A stretch of DNA of 50,100 bases, counting the filler, from Yuukianura sp. NJ FZ-2021 (taxonomy: Eukaryota), in the NCBI GenBank assembly GCA_046563655.1. It is 2 parts of 2 records of this genome, joined end to end, with 100 filler letters (N's around TTAATTAATTAA, not from the genome) between each part and the next. Parts side by side here need not be neighbours in the genome. Positions count along the whole stretch, not along the records: positions 25,101 to 50,100 come from JAJCTO010000020.1; 1 more part is not named here. One strand, given 5' to 3'. The position numbers and the translations under genes are program-made. Shown piece after piece: positions 48,753 to 50,100 of the stretch. How positions within the stretch are numbered: position 1 is the first letter of the stretch; each line of letters opens with the position of its first letter. Below the pieces are notes generated by a model that worked only from the letters and a program-made list of their open reading frames with translations, was not told the DNA's origin and did not search any database.

Positions 48753-49167
48753 TTAGAGACGGCGTCTCGGGTCTACACGGGGTTCTGACTCGAACACTAA
48801 CCAGCCTTGGGCGTTAGCAAATGCTTTGAACAACCACCGGTAAATTGGACCGAAGAAATCCCAGTGGTAGTATAGGACTCGTACAATTAGGGCTAGGAAG
48901 TAGTAAGTCTCGGTGCCAATGAGGACCCGGAAGAAGTAACGATAAGTCCTCGGAGCTTGCCGTAAGTAGAAGACTGGGATAATGTGGAGGGCGATATAGT
49001 CAGAAACAACCGAAAATGTCGCTATTAGACAGGAATAAGTAATGTGGGAGAGGAATGTTGCAATGAGATACACAGTTTCAAGGACCAAAAGGATGAAGCA
49101 GATCCCGAAAGAATGCTGCTAAGCCGAGAAATACGACTGTCTTTAGAAAGGACCAAAAAATTTGCAT
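48753..49167 (-). CDS. Hydrophobic ORF0 upstream of gag (111 aa open from TTG 49088; about 137 aa from ATG 49167 if one frameshift is corrected)
   Basis: Long apolar stretches, a basic C-terminus (PRRRL) and a stop 12 nt before the gag ATG. Confidence 0.45.
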
Positions 49168-50100
49168 TTGCAGGGACTTCAAAATAACTTAAATGCTTTT
49201 CAGCACTTAAGCTTTACTCAAGAAAATGTAGGAGAAGAGAGACCAAAAAGAAAACGACAATCCGTTGAACAATGACACCAATCGTAGCAATCACAACGAT
49301 CAAGACAATGTAAAGGAATGGGGAGTACATCGCTTGCTTTTCTGGACTGGGCAGGGACTTTCTATAAATACTTCAAAAAATGTATTAAATATGAACTTAT
49401 TTTGGAATATGAATATTTGTAAGCTTAAATCTAGAAAAAGAAAGAAATGGGAATTTGAAAAAAATAGGGTTTGTAGAATTAGCTACTGTCTAGGGGCTAT
49501 GATTTTACAATCAAATTCCTCCAAAACAGAACTTTAGAAAAAATAAAGAACCAATCGGACAAGAAGAACGAGAAAAACGAGTCTTACGCCAACCGATGCA
49601 ATGCCAAACCACATTAAGAAACCGACGAGCCAAAGAAACCACTCAATAATTTGCATTACTGAGCTTAATTTTCAGAAAAAGAACCGAAAAATTGGAATGG
49701 GAACTTCAATAGGGGAGGGCACGACGTAAAATCGCGTTATCTGAAGAATCGGCGAAGTCAGGGGAATAGGTAGTACCTACTCACTCACTGACTAAACGCA
49801 CACCGACTTGAAAAGTTTTAAGTTTTTAGAATTTTGGGAAAATCGGGCAGGGGTTTGGGACGAAAAGCCGCTTTTAATTTTTGAAGTTTGGACGAAAATC
49901 TGAATTTAATTAATGTAAAGTTAGAACGTAACGTAATTTAGGAATTAGGAATAGTTTTTAGCCAAATTCTGGAAAATCCGACTATTCAGGGGAATGGGGG
50001 ATATCGCAGTTACGTGCGACTTGAAAAATCAGAAGAATCGGCTGACTCTGGGGATTAGGTTAGGTAGGGGTAAACAAAAATCGGAATTCTGCTAAGTGTC

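Larger units (their letters stand above)
40515..50100 (-). mobile_element. Ty3/gypsy LTR retrotransposon (>9.5 kb; 5' LTR outside the window) abutting the 147-bp satellite
   Basis: Domain order gag-PR-RT-RNase H-IN. The satellite monomer stops abruptly at ...AAAAGCC and is followed by TG. Confidence 0.95.

Overview
Eukaryotic DNA, most likely an arthropod (short GT-AG introns, arthropod-type amphiphysin and Toll-9-like receptor; species not determined). About 1-20.2 kb is gene-dense: the 3' end of amphiphysin, a single-cysteine-cluster Toll-like receptor, a divergent ARL13-like GTPase with an RFX X-box upstream, an uncharacterised 4-TM protein, a small secreted Tyr/Asp-rich peptide gene, an intron-containing malate synthase, EXT1/tout-velu with a degenerate GT64 site, and a forkhead gene. 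20.9-25 kb holds non-autonomous elements (fold-back, DINE/Helentron-like), a G-rich minisatellite and a 223-bp tandem array. An artificial N/TTAATTAATTAA linker at 25001-25100 means the two halves may not be adjacent in the genome. 25.1-40.5 kb is a 147-bp satellite with higher-order repeats, cut at 40515 by a minus-strand Ty3/gypsy LTR retrotransposon. The element has gag, PR, RT, RNase H and IN plus two non-canonical ORFs: a hydrophobic ORF upstream of gag and a Pro/Ser-rich ORF in the env position behind a clear splice acceptor. This is the best candidate for an undescribed system. All exon structures were inferred by eye and no database searches were run.
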